Source: Leucoraja erinacea (lineage: Eukaryota). From it: 64,000 nt of DNA. The notes under the pieces are model-generated. The model saw only the letters and a program-made list of their open reading frames with translations, made no database searches and was not told where the DNA came from. Shown here in pieces: positions 46,423 to 58,302 of the stretch. The translations under genes were made by a program, and so were the position numbers. The first letter of the stretch is position 1, and each line of letters opens with the position of its first letter. The stretch is taken from positions 21,886,001-21,950,000 of the forward strand of contig NC_073387.1 in NCBI RefSeq assembly GCF_028641065.1, given 5' to 3'.

Positions 46423-47963
46423 CAGATTCAGATTCAGAAAACTTTATTGTCTGTCGTAACAGAAAATCTTCTTTGACGTGGCTCAACATACAGACAGGTC
46501 AATGTACTGATAAGCAGTCATACAGCACAGATTTCTGCGAGCACACACAGTGTGTATGGATCTTAAAAGCAAATATAAAGATTAAAGACGGTAAAAATAG
46601 ACAAGATAAAAGTTGTGGATACGTGTAAAGTGACAATGCGTCAGGGTTAATTTGTCCATTGTTCATTTTTTATTTAAGCTGTTTATGGCAATGGGTATGA
46701 ATGAGTTTTTGTGGATGTTTTTCTTGGATAGGGGGACTTTATATCGGCGGCCTGATGGCAGAAGTTGGAAAGACTTGTCCAGGGGTTGGGTGGGATCCTG
46801 TGTAATGAAATTGGCTTTCCTTTTAACTGCCTGGGTGTGGAGTACTGATGATTTTGAGTTTTGCCAGTTATTTTGCTTGCCTGATTGATGATCCGGGAAA
46901 GCTTTGATTTGTCTTTGACAGAGGTGAGGGTGAACCAGGATGTGATGTTAAAGGTGAGTACAGATTCTATGTGATTTATAGACAGCTGTTAAAATGTCCT
47001 GTCTGACATCAAAGCTCCTGAGTTTCCTCAGCAAGAACAGGCGTTGCTGTGCCTTCTTGTACACAGAGTCTGTGTGCTGGGAGAAGGACAGGCGGGTGTC
47101 AATCTCTGTGCCCAGGTATCTAAAGGCCTCTACCTGCTCAACTGTCTGCCCATTCAGCCTCAGAGGTTCAGAGAGAGGTTGGGGGGAAGATGTTCGCCTC
47201 CCCCCACAACACAGCTCCTTGGTTTTGGAGATGTTAAGCTCCAGAGAGCTCTCTTTGGTCCACAGCATCAGGGTGTTGACCTGCTGATAGTAGGCAGCCA
47301 GAGAAGTGTGGTCCTTGATGTGAGCCACCAGGGCCATATCGTCTGCATACTTAAAAAGGGAAATGTCACTGTTATTGTTTGTTATGCTGTTTGTGTAGAT
47401 GGAAAATAAAATCGGTGATAAGACACAATCCTGGGGGACACCAGTGTTTAAAACCATGTTATTGGATTTAAAACCATTTACCACCACATGCTGAGGCCGG
47501 TCCTGCAGAAAGTCTTTGATCCACAGGATAGGTGATGGGTTGACTTGTAGATCCAGAAGGCGGTTGCAGAGGGTGACCGTGTTAACTGTGTTAAAAGCTG
47601 AAGAAAAATCCATAAATAAAATCCGTGTGTGGGGGTGTGGGGAGTCCAGCTGTCTGCTAACTGTGTCCAGGAGAGTCAAACAGGCATCCTCCACCCCACG
47701 CCTTGCCTTATAGGCAAACTGAAGTGGGTCAAGCCTGTACACCACCATAGCAGCGAGGTGATCACTTACCACCCCCTCCATACACTTGGAAAGAATGGAT
47801 GTGAGTGCCACCGGTCTGTAGTCCTTCATCTCCCTGGCGTTAGATTTATTCGGCACCGGTATGAGTGTGGACTCCTTCCACATCCGTGGGACACAGCTGG
47901 AGTCAAGGAAATGCTGGAATAGCTGAGTGATAACATCACCCAGCTGAACTGAGCATCCCCTCT
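46423..47963 (-). mobile_element. 5'-truncated non-LTR retrotransposon, Rex1/Babar-like, reverse transcriptase ORF 46948..47883
   Basis: RT motifs DYRPVALTS, DPLQFAY, DFSSAFNT, GVPQ, YADD, YLG. 3' end has AATAAA plus an (ATCTGA)n tail. Inserted between GATTGGGTT and AAGCCAGAG, which are contiguous at ~17790. Confidence 0.9.
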
Positions 47964-48250
47964 AAGCCAGAGTGGGAGCAGGCCACACTCCAAACAACGT
48001 TGCTAGGATGGGAGGATTTTGTCATGAGGGGAGATTGTATAGGCCAGAGCAGTATTCCCTGGATAAAACGCAGCTGCGCGATGCTATTACCCAAACACGG
48101 CTACGGTAGATGGTCAATAGACATATCCAAATGCAAGGCACCCCAAAACTAGACGATGGGTTTTAGGCTAATCATTTCAGAACAAGGGAATATCGCATGT
48201 GGATTGAGATGACAGTCAGGTGGTGGAAACGGGAACAGGTAAGTATGTAA

Positions 48251-48866
48251 GAAGGAACTGCAGATGCTGGTTTAATCCGGAGATTTAAAACCGAAGAGAC
48301 AAAAACATGGAATAACGCAGAGAGACAGGCAACATCTCTGGAGATAAGGAATGGGTGACGTTTCGTGTCGAGGTCCCTTTTCAGACGTGTTAGATACAAG
48401 GGAAACGAGAGCGGTAGACGATAATGTAGAGAGATGAAGAACAATAAATGAAAGATTTGGAAAAGAGTAACGACCATAAAGGCAACAGGCCATTGTTCGC
48501 TGTTTGATGGGTGAAAACGAGAAGCTTGTGCGACTTGGGCGGGGAGGAATAGAGAGAGAGGGAATGCCGGTGTTTCTTGAAGTTAGAGAAATCAATATTC
48601 ATACCACTGTAAAGCTGTCCAAGCAAGATATGAGATGGTACTCTGCCAATTTACGTTTAGCCTCCCTCTGACAACGGAGGAGACTTGGGACAGTAAGGTC
48701 TGCGCCCGAAAGGGAAGGAGAATTAAAGTGTTTCGCAAGCGGGCGATCATGTTGGTTCAGGCGGACTGAGCGAAGGTGTTCAGCGAAACGATCGCCCAGA
48801 ACCCATTCCTTCTCTCCAGAGATGATGCCTGCCCCGCTGAGTTACTCAAGTTGTTTGTGTCTATTT
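48251..48866 (-). mobile_element. Penelope-like element fragment (third paralog)
   Basis: Same structure as 18128 and 24529; GMNIDFSNF in ORF 48390..48626; TSD CAGGTAAGTATGTAA / TAGCTAAGTATGTAA. Confidence 0.8.
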
Positions 48867-49207
48867 TAGCTAAGTATGTAAACGGTACTTAATGGGAATG
48901 TGAATATGTAGGGAATTGATGGATAGGGAATTAATGCGAGGGTGGAATTAATACAGATAAACATGATGGTCGGCGTAGATGCGATGTAACGAATGGTTTG
49001 TTTCTATGACCAACACCTCGGCACTCAACAGCTCGGCACACAATAGTGCAAGGTTAAACCGAAATGATAATATACAACAGTGGCGTGTCCATATGGAAGA
49101 TTAGACCCTATTTTTCAAACGTGCGCCTTTGCTTTACCCTTGTTCCAACCGTGCTGGAAATCAGGGGGGAAAATAGATTAGCTAGCGTGAAATTGTGAAT
49201 GAAAATG

Positions 49208-49209
<2 letters not shown>

Positions 49210-49252
<43 letters not shown>

Positions 49253-49297
49253 GGGGGTGTTAAAACAAAGGGCGCTGGGGGGCGGGCCCCCGGGGGG

Positions 49298-49342
<45 letters not shown>
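49210..49342 (+). repeat. Poly-G / G-rich low-complexity tract
   Basis: Two long G runs, absent from the paralogous positions at ~19075 and ~25450. Confidence 0.9.
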
Positions 49343-49345
<3 letters not shown>

Positions 49346-50930
49346 GCTTAATTCCTGCAGATTATACCCACGTGTGCTACAATGCAATGGTACAACCATC
49401 TTTCAGCGTCTCCAAAACAGTGTTACCACAGTGGGAAGACCAAAGACTTACATTATATTGGCGGAAGAGCAAGCAGATCATTGCTTCACCGGGAAGAATT
49501 TGCCGTCCTGTACGCTGGAAGTAAAAATGTAATTGGTAAAAGAACGAAAGTTACACGTTTTATGGTTTCATTGGAAACTGGCAAAGGATGGTGAGTGGCC
49601 GGTAAGGTCGGATGACTAGGATAGGGACTGATAGATGAGTGGTACTTTTGAACTGCTAAACAGGCAGGGTAGGGGAATCTGTTCACAGTGACGGAATGTT
49701 GTTTAAATTGAGGTAATTTGTATTGAATGTGACCGTTTATGAGTGGAAGATAACACATGGGGAAACCATGTACTTGTTCCATCCAGAGGGGCCGGGTAGT
49801 GAGATGTTGGGAACCGATCCCTTCCTGATTACTGGGCGTGTTTGTAGTAGCTTACATAGAGCAAAAACACAATATGAACCGCACGGTTACACCTGCTACT
49901 ACTTTCGCTCGTTTTTCTCCTCCCTTTCAGACACAATTCATTTATTCCATTAATACTCACCTGTTCAATTAAATCCAAACTAAAGTGGTTTTACTTGTTC
50001 GTAAGCACGGCAAACTGTCCGTTCCTCAACATAGAATGCTGCTGTTCCCCGCATGTGCAGCCCAACGTGCGCTGTGTTTCCAGTCCCTCTTCCCGCGCTC
50101 TCCACCATTTTAATAACTTACTCTTTTTTTGCCAGTCCTCTTTTTTTACAATTGATGACGTCGCTTTGCATTTTTATTCCGCATCAGGATGACATCGAGG
50201 CTTTCTGATTCATCTACAAATGGAGACTCAGCCTGTGCTATCCTCCGCAATAAGCAACTGCCAAAAAACCCTTCCTCACCTGGACCCAACTACCACTTGA
50301 TATAATTTGTTCTAAGTCTTCCTCGTCCATTTCTAACAACAATGCAACTTTCCTGTGGTCATGATGGGCTCGATACCAAACGTCATCTGCCTGTTTCTCT
50401 CCACGGGTGCTGCCTGACTCACTGAGTTCCTCCAGTCAATCGTGCTCATAATTACAACTTCTTTCATGAATTTCATATAAATTAGCTTAATTATTTCCTT
50501 CATATGTTGATTATTATTAAAGTTCCATGCATATTTGTTGTACCAAGAACTATCAACAATCCGTCCAGAATGCATGGATACGGAGTCAATAAACTCTTCA
50601 ACGCAACTTTCGCATGTTAGCACTTCAGCTAAGTAAGTGGTTCCAGGTACCCAGATCATTTATGATTGACTAGATGGCAACACGTTTGTGCACATTATCC
50701 AGTGACAAGCAGAAGGACTGCCTTCAGAAATGAAATTAGCAATTTCAAGAAGTTTTCATTCCAGTTTTATTTTTTTCAATTACAACCGTACTCCCATTTA
50801 AGCGACAGAGAAAAACAATGCAACAAGGGTAAGTTTTCTAAACAGTGCACTCGCACTGATTCACATCCTCCAGCAGCAATAAAATGGCCGCATATAAATT
50901 GGCAATCTTCAATTTACCTATCAGTGTTAT

Positions 50931-53315
50931 TTAGCTTTGGGCTTGAGAGGTGGAAGCGTCGCGTGGCTTCAGGAAGAGAAAATCGCTTTTCGCTGACTCT
51001 GGAGACAGACAGACTGAGTATTGATTCAGTTCTGCCCCCCGGACTACGCGTCCCGTCCCAGGATAACACAATGTTTCCTCCATCGCTGGTCTTCCATTAA
51101 ACGTGCCGTGCGAAACCCCATGATTGTAACAATAACTAGGGGTGTTATACTCTTGGATAATATTTCTGTCCTGTTTACACTTGATGACAATCAACAGAAT
51201 GATGATCAGAAGAAAGACCACGGAAGTGCAACTGAAAATGACGATTAAATAAACGTTTGGATCAGATAAATATTCTGGCGTCTTCACCAAGGTACTGCTT
51301 TCGCTGATTCCTTCACTGCTGTTTCCCAAAACTCTGATGTTCATTGTAACTGTGCTGGACAGGCTTGGCTGCCCATTGTCCTTAACCAAGATGACTAGAG
51401 TTTGTAAAGCAGTATCTGACTGGAAAATATTGCGTGCTGTTCTGACTTCTCCGGAACGTTGTCCAACGTTGTACAAACCGGGGTCGGTAGATTTCACTAT
51501 CTGATAAAAGAGCCGTGCGTTCTGACCAGAATCTGCATCAGTTGCCATTATCTTGCTGACCAAGTACCCTTGACCCGCTGACCGGGGCACGGTATCCACT
51601 GCCGCCGATTCACTCAGTTCTGAAGGTGAAATGATTACCGGCGCGTTGTCATTTTGATCCAGGATGATCACATTCACCGTGACGCTGCTGCTCAACGGAG
51701 GCACCCCGGCGTCACGGGCCTGTACATGGATCTGGAAGTTCTTGAGTTCCTCATAGTCAAAGAAACGCAGCGCGTAAATAGTACCGTTCATTGAATTAAT
51801 GGAGAGGTAAGTGGACACTGGCATGTTTTGGATATGATTATCGAGAAAGGAGTAGGAAAGGTAGGAATTTTGATCCAGATCGTGATCTGTTGCAGTTACT
51901 GTGAAAATGGATACACCCGGAGCGTTATTCTCCATTACATATACGTTGTAGGATGACTCCGCGAATTGCGGTGCGTTGTCATTTACGTCCGAAATAGCAA
52001 TCTGGATGGTTTTATTTGATGTTAGAGAAGGCGACCCCAAGTCCCAGGCTGAAATTACAATGTTATACTCAGAGATCGCTTCACGGTCCAACGTTTCACT
52101 GGTGACTAATTTATAGTGGTTCGATGTCTTTTGCAGTCGAAATGGGACGTTCTTTTGTATCTCGCAACGCACTTGGCCGTTAGCTGCGGAATCACGATCC
52201 ATCACATAAATCTGGGATATGAAACTTCCTGATGGAGTATTTTCCTGGATTGTGTTGGAAGCTGATGTTACCTTTATCTCGGGTGCATTGTCGTTCACGT
52301 CAATGACTTTGATCAATATTTTGGAGTGTCCTGTCATTGCAGGGGAACCGTGGTCCTGGGCTCGAATATCGAGAGAATAGGTGTTTACTTCCTCAAAATC
52401 TAAAGGCCCTTGAACTCGAATCTCCCCAGTGCGTGGATCCAACCTGAATACATGTTGCACTGCTCGCAAAGCAACATCATTGAAACGATATGTCAGCTCC
52501 GCATTCAGTCCTTCGTCCAAATCATTCGCTTGCACTTTCAGCGTCAACGTACCCCGCGACGCGTTCTCGCTCACGCTGCTTCTGTAAATATCATGGTCGA
52601 ACACAGGTGGATTATCGTTCTGGTCGAATACCGTAATCAGAACCTGTGTCGTAGCTGATCTCTGAGGGGCCCCGCCGTCAAACGCAGTAAGCATGAGTTG
52701 AAATGATGATTGCATCTCTCGGTCCAAAGATTTCTCTAACACCAATTCGGCAATTATAATACCGTCTTCGGATTTCTGTGTTTCTAGACTAAAGTGCTCA
52801 TTAGAACTGATTGCATAGGCGGCCACGGTATTTGTACCAATGTCGGGATCATCCGCGCCCTCGAGTCGGAAACGTATCCCGGATACACTGGCTTCCGATA
52901 TCTGCAAGGCAATGCTGCTTTGCGGAAAAGTGGGGGAATTATCATTTACATCAAGAATCTCCAATTCGCCGTCAGACACCTCAAACGGATTTTCGAGTAT
53001 TGTTTCGAAATGTATAGCACATTGATCATTCTGTCCACAAATACGTTCCCGGTCGATTCTTTCACGAATAGACATGATTCCATTGTCCAAACTAACCTTC
53101 ATGTACCGCCCTCCGTCATCAGAGCTCAGCCGGAATTTGCGAGCTGACAGTTGCCGTACATTCAGGCCCAAATCCACAGCGATATTCCCAACAAATGCCC
53201 CTTGCTCCATTTCCTCGGGAATAGAATAACGAATTTGCCCGGAGATTAGTCCCGGTGCACAAATCGCAAATATGCAAGCAAACGCAGTGAAGGCAAACCT
53301 CGGTAGGTACGCCAT
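50931..53315 (-). CDS. Clustered protocadherin gene G8, intact (794 aa), duplicate of G5
   Basis: Full ORF from ATG 53315; six EC repeats, TM, tail ending STSQAQS*. Confidence 0.95.
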   Translation of the reverse strand: MAYLPRFAFTAFACIFAICAPGLISGQIRYSIPEEMEQGAFVGNIAVDLGLNVRQLSARKFRLSSDDGGRYMKVSLDNGIMSIRERIDRERICGQNDQCAIHFETILENPFEVSDGELEILDVNDNSPTFPQSSIALQISEASVSGIRFRLEGADDPDIGTNTVAAYAISSNEHFSLETQKSEDGIIIAELVLEKSLDREMQSSFQLMLTAFDGGAPQRSATTQVLITVFDQNDNPPVFDHDIYRSSVSENASRGTLTLKVQANDLDEGLNAELTYRFNDVALRAVQHVFRLDPRTGEIRVQGPLDFEEVNTYSLDIRAQDHGSPAMTGHSKILIKVIDVNDNAPEIKVTSASNTIQENTPSGSFISQIYVMDRDSAANGQVRCEIQKNVPFRLQKTSNHYKLVTSETLDREAISEYNIVISAWDLGSPSLTSNKTIQIAISDVNDNAPQFAESSYNVYVMENNAPGVSIFTVTATDHDLDQNSYLSYSFLDNHIQNMPVSTYLSINSMNGTIYALRFFDYEELKNFQIHVQARDAGVPPLSSSVTVNVIILDQNDNAPVIISPSELSESAAVDTVPRSAGQGYLVSKIMATDADSGQNARLFYQIVKSTDPGLYNVGQRSGEVRTARNIFQSDTALQTLVILVKDNGQPSLSSTVTMNIRVLGNSSEGISESSTLVKTPEYLSDPNVYLIVIFSCTSVVFLLIIILLIVIKCKQDRNIIQEYNTPSYCYNHGVSHGTFNGRPAMEETLCYPGTGRVVRGAELNQYSVCLSPESAKSDFLFLKPRDASTSQAQS

Positions 53316-53549
53316 GTTCCGTGATCAGTCAAAGTCCAACTCTAGGTCTTTCTCCGTGTAAATAGTCCAAGCACAATAAAATAACTCATATATATTCCCA
53401 ATACCGAATCGAAACAGATGGGATATCTATCCTCCTCAGCCTTTTTCGGCAATCGAAACGCAGGCACGCCTCGCATTTCTCGTCGCGTCTGACGTCTTTA
53501 TTCGGGGATGTGGGCGGGACAATGGATCTATCTGTGTACTTGAGCTTTT

Positions 53550-53594
53550 CATTGGTAGACAGCGACACGACCAGTTCTTTTGCACAACTGCAGC
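53550..53594 (-). promoter_or_regulatory. Pcdh promoter CSE, G8
   Basis: CATTGGTAGACAGCGACACGACCAGTTCTTTTGCACAACTGCAG. Confidence 0.8.
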
Positions 53595-55187
53595 TACAAT
53601 TCTTAAAGCTGTACTGCTCGCCTACACATTTGATGGTGTACAACCATAAAACGCCCTCTTTGAAAATAAACTTGAAGAATGTTTTTTTTTCATTTAACGT
53701 CGAAAATCACATCAGGCCCGTCGGAAGAGGGTTATCCCCAGAACGTAAACATGTTTTTTCAGTTCAGTCAAAATTCCACAACGAATAAATAAATGGCATC
53801 GTTATTTTTATGATGCAACATACCATATCGGATATGCAGTATTTGCTTACACATGTTTGACCCCTTACAATCACACCTTAGGGTAGTAAGAAAATATAAG
53901 AAGATAGCACAAAAAGCTAGAGTATAACTCACCGGGACGGGCAGCATCTCTGTTCATATAACGACTACATAATTTCCCTTCTTTGATAAGATTATTTCAT
54001 TAGCACTTTCCAAATTTTGGAGAAGGTGTTCGTGAAAATAATACTTTCAATTGACCAATTGTTGAACCAACTTCCTCTTTAAAGTTATTGCTGGAGAAAT
54101 GCATCGTCACGTCCAATACAAGCCGAGTTTATTGACTTGTGCATGCATAGGACGCAGAGGTACGGCTGCAATGTAAATCTTGCATGCAGCAGCTTAAAAG
54201 CACATAACTTGCTTGTTGTTGGAAACATCCATGGAAATGTTGTGATTTTTTGAATTCTTATTTAACATGAGATTCTATTTTTCTTTTTTCTATTTTTCGT
54301 GATTGGTTGTGTTACTGCAATTTGCAACTAAATTACTGAATTGCCCATTAATCTGCAGATTTGTTCTAATTTTTTTGCCAATCCTCATTTTTACAATGGG
54401 CGACGTCGCTTTGCATTTTCATTCCACATCAGGATGACATCAGGGCATTCTCGTTCATCTACAAATGGAGACTCAGCCAGTTCTCCTCAACCTGTGGTAT
54501 CATCCACAAGAAACAACTGCGAAAAATCCCCTCCTCACCTGGATCCAACTACCACTTGATACTGTTTGCTCTAAGCCTTCTCTATGCAGAACGGACCTCT
54601 CCACCAATCATGACGGGCTCCACACCAAACGTCATCTGTCTGTTTCTCTCCACAGGTGCTGCCAGACTCTCTGAGTTCCTCCAGCCAGTCGTCCTCACAA
54701 TGTCAGCATCAGGCATGAGTTGTGTTGCAAAAAAATGGGCTTAATTATTTCCTTCGCCTGTTGATTATTATTATATGTATATTTTGTGGCACGATCTATC
54801 AAAAATTCTTCTAGAATACATGGGTACCCAATCATTAAACTCTTCAACGCAACTTCCGCACATTAGTACTTTCATCCACGTAAATGGATCCAGGTACCCA
54901 AACCGTTACGTAATAGGTTAAATGGCAACGCGTTTGTGCGCATTATCCAGTGACAAACAGAAGGACTGCCTTCAGAAATAAAACTTGCAATTTCAAGATG
55001 TTTTCATTCCAGTTGCGGGACATTTTACTTTTTCAATTACAACCGTACTCCCATTTAAGCGATAGTGAAAAACGTGCAACAAGGGTAAGTTTTCTAAATA
55101 TTTCACTCGCACTGTTTCACATGCCCCGGCAGAAATAAAATGGCCGCATACAAAATTGGCATTCTTCAATCTACGCATCAGCGTAAT

Positions 55188-55737
55188 TTAACACTGACCT
55201 TGAGACCTTTAACACTACATGGCTTCAGTAAGAGAAAAATCGTTTTTCGCTGACTGGAGACAGACTTACCGAGTATTGATTCAGATCTGGCCCGCGGACT
55301 GCCCGCTCTGTCCAAGGATAGGGTAACATTTCCTTCATCGCAGATCTTCCATTAAACGTGCCGTGCGAAACCCCACGATTGTAACAGTAACTGGGGGAGT
55401 AATACTCTTGGATAATATTTCTGTCCTGTTTACACTTGAAGCCAATCAATAGAATGATGATCAGAAGGCAGACCACGAAAGTGCAACGGAAAATGACAAT
55501 TAAATAACCGTTTGGATCAGAGAAATATTCGTAATTCATCACCAAGGTACTTCTTTCGCTGATCCCTTCAGTGCTGTTTTCCAAAACTAATGTACATCGT
55601 AAATGTGCTGGACAGGCTTGGCTGTCCATTGTCCTTAAGCAAGATGACTAGAGTTTGTAAAGCAGTACCTGACTGCAAAATATTGCGCGCTGTTCTGACT
55701 TCTCCAGAATGTTGTCCAACGTTGTACAAACCGGGGT
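55188..55737 (-). pseudogene. Pcdh relic F2 (duplicate of F1, further truncated)
   Basis: ORF 55225..55629 gives the juxtamembrane/TM/tail peptide. Junction ACAAACCGGGGT|GTTCGTGAAC leads into spacer DNA. Confidence 0.9.
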
Positions 55738-58302
55738 GTTCGTGAACATAATGCTTTCAATTGGCCAATTGTTCAACCGGCTCCCTGTTTAATGGAAGTG
55801 ATGTTTGGAGAGAGGCATCCTCACGTCCAAGTCAAGCCAAGTTTATCGACACGTACATGCATATGAAGCAGAGGCAATGCTGCAATGTAAATCTTGCTTG
55901 CAGCAGCTTTGCAAGCGCATGACCCAGCAGACTCCGACAGATGTTTTGGGAACATAGAAAATAGATGTCGGTGTGAAGTTTGGCGCGAAAAATTTGTGAA
56001 TTTTTGAATTCTTATTTAACTTAGGATTCTCAGTTTCGTTTTTTCTTTTTTCTTAATTTGTTTTATTACCGCAATTTGCAATGAAATTACTGGATTACCC
56101 ATTAATCCGCAGATATTTTGTTCATTGAAAATACTCCCTAGTTAACATTAATATCGTGGTACCACACTTAGCGTGTAAACAAGTATTTTTAGTGAACGTT
56201 AACAAGGTGGCCCAAAGTACGTGTAATGTGGTTAGAGAATTGAAGTTTAATTTCTGCTCCTCGAGTTTGCAGTGGATGTTCAACGTCATGCACGATCCCG
56301 GCAAAATTTGAATGGGACAAGTTTTTCATGACGTAGAGGATAGAATCTCTTATCAAACTAAATGGTAATGTTCTCCATTGGTTGAAAATGTTCTGGAGAT
56401 TTCTGATGCCACACTTGGTTTATTGGATATCATTTCCATATCATTCTCAAGTTAGCGCCGGGTTTCACCTTTTATATTCCATAACCACACAAAGGTTTTA
56501 CAATGACTGAACCACGCGCTCCCCGATCAAATCAAACTGCAATAAAATTCATTCACCCGAATAATTGTAATAAAATCTGCAAATTAAAACGCAAACATCA
56601 CGAAAAACTACAGGTGAGATGATGGATAATTCCTTCCACCAACGAGGAAGCATGCTGTTTTCGCAATTTAGCAATTAACTGATAAGCAGTCAAAAGCGCA
56701 TCGATTCAGATATCATCCGTGGAAAGAAATACAATCAACATTTCGGGGCTTGGCTGCTTTATCTGAACGATGAATTATTTAAAACAGTTCATTTTTCAGT
56801 AAGTTTAATGATGGGAAGTAAAGGAGAAAAAAAAGGAAAGAGGCTGATAGGACAAATTATGCTTCGTTGTTTCTGTGGTGTATGGCTAATAGCAATGGAA
56901 TGGGACATGTTCAGGTTATTGAACAGACGGGGATTCCGTCTGAAATAAATGTGTTCTTTAAAACTGTGAACAGTGGTGGACAGGGTCTCACCGAAGGCAT
57001 ATGGCACGGTTGTCTCCCTCAGCAGCGGTACTGAATGTAAGATTCGAGGTGGAATATCTTTGAATAAAACATTGGTTAGGCTGGATTTGAATTATTGTGT
57101 GCACATCTGGCATGCACAATATATAAGTTGTTGGGTTAAGCCAGATAGGTAGCAGGCCACACTGCAAAGAACGTTACTAGGATGGGCAGGTTTACGTCAT
57201 GAGGGGAGATTGTATAGGCTAGAACTGCATTCCCTGGAGTGAACATTGCTGATCGGTGCCATGACACAATCACGAGCGAGAGAGACAGGGTAGATTCCCA
57301 CAGCCAATTCCAATGTTTGGGCGCTCCAAAACTAGAACATAAGTTTTAGGATCAGAGGGAGTACTTTTAAAGTCGACCGGATGGCTATTAATTTCAGAAA
57401 TACGGAATACGGCAGGTGGATTGAGATGTCAGTTTATGTGACGGAGACGGGAACAGTTAAATATGTAAAAGGTACATAATGGGAATGTGACTATGTAGGG
57501 AATTGATGGACATGGAGTTAATGCTCGGGTGGAATTAGTACAGATAAACGTGATGGTCATCGTAGATGCGACGTAACGAATGGTTTGTTTGTATGATCTA
57601 CACCTCGGCAAACATGATGCAAAACTAAACCGGAATGATAACAGACAAGAGTGGCGAGCTCAAGAAGGTTGCAACTTGTCCATTTGGAAGATGAATGCTG
57701 TTTCTCAAGCGTGCACCTTTGCTTTGCACTTGTTCCAGCAGTGTTGGAATTCAGAGGAAAAATAATAGATAGTGCGAAATTGTGAACGAAAGTGTTAAAC
57801 AAATGGGGAAAAAATCAGTTTAATTCCTGCAGACTGTCCGCACGTGCTCTACAATGCAATGGCACAATCTTCTTGCAGTGTCTCAAATACAGTGTTACCA
57901 CATTGGGAAGACCAAATACATTATATTGGCAGAAAGGCAAGCAGATCACTATTTCACCGAGAAGAATTTCGGGTCTTGTATGGTGGAAGGGAACTGGTAA
58001 AATAAACGAACGTTACACGTTTTCTGATCAGTTGACTACCATATAGCTCGATGAAAAAGTGTTACATTTGAACTGCTAAACAGACAGGGAAGGGGGTATC
58101 TACTCAGTGACGGAATTGTGTTTAAATTGAGGTAAATTGAATTAAATGTGAAAGTTAGTGAATGGAGGATTCAACAAGGAAATGCTGTTCTTGTTCCATC
58201 CAGAAGAGCGAAGATGCTGAGAACCGATCCCTTCCTGATTGCTGGGCGTGTTAGCAGTACCTTACCCAGAACAAAAAAAAACACAATTTGATCCTCACGG
58301 TC

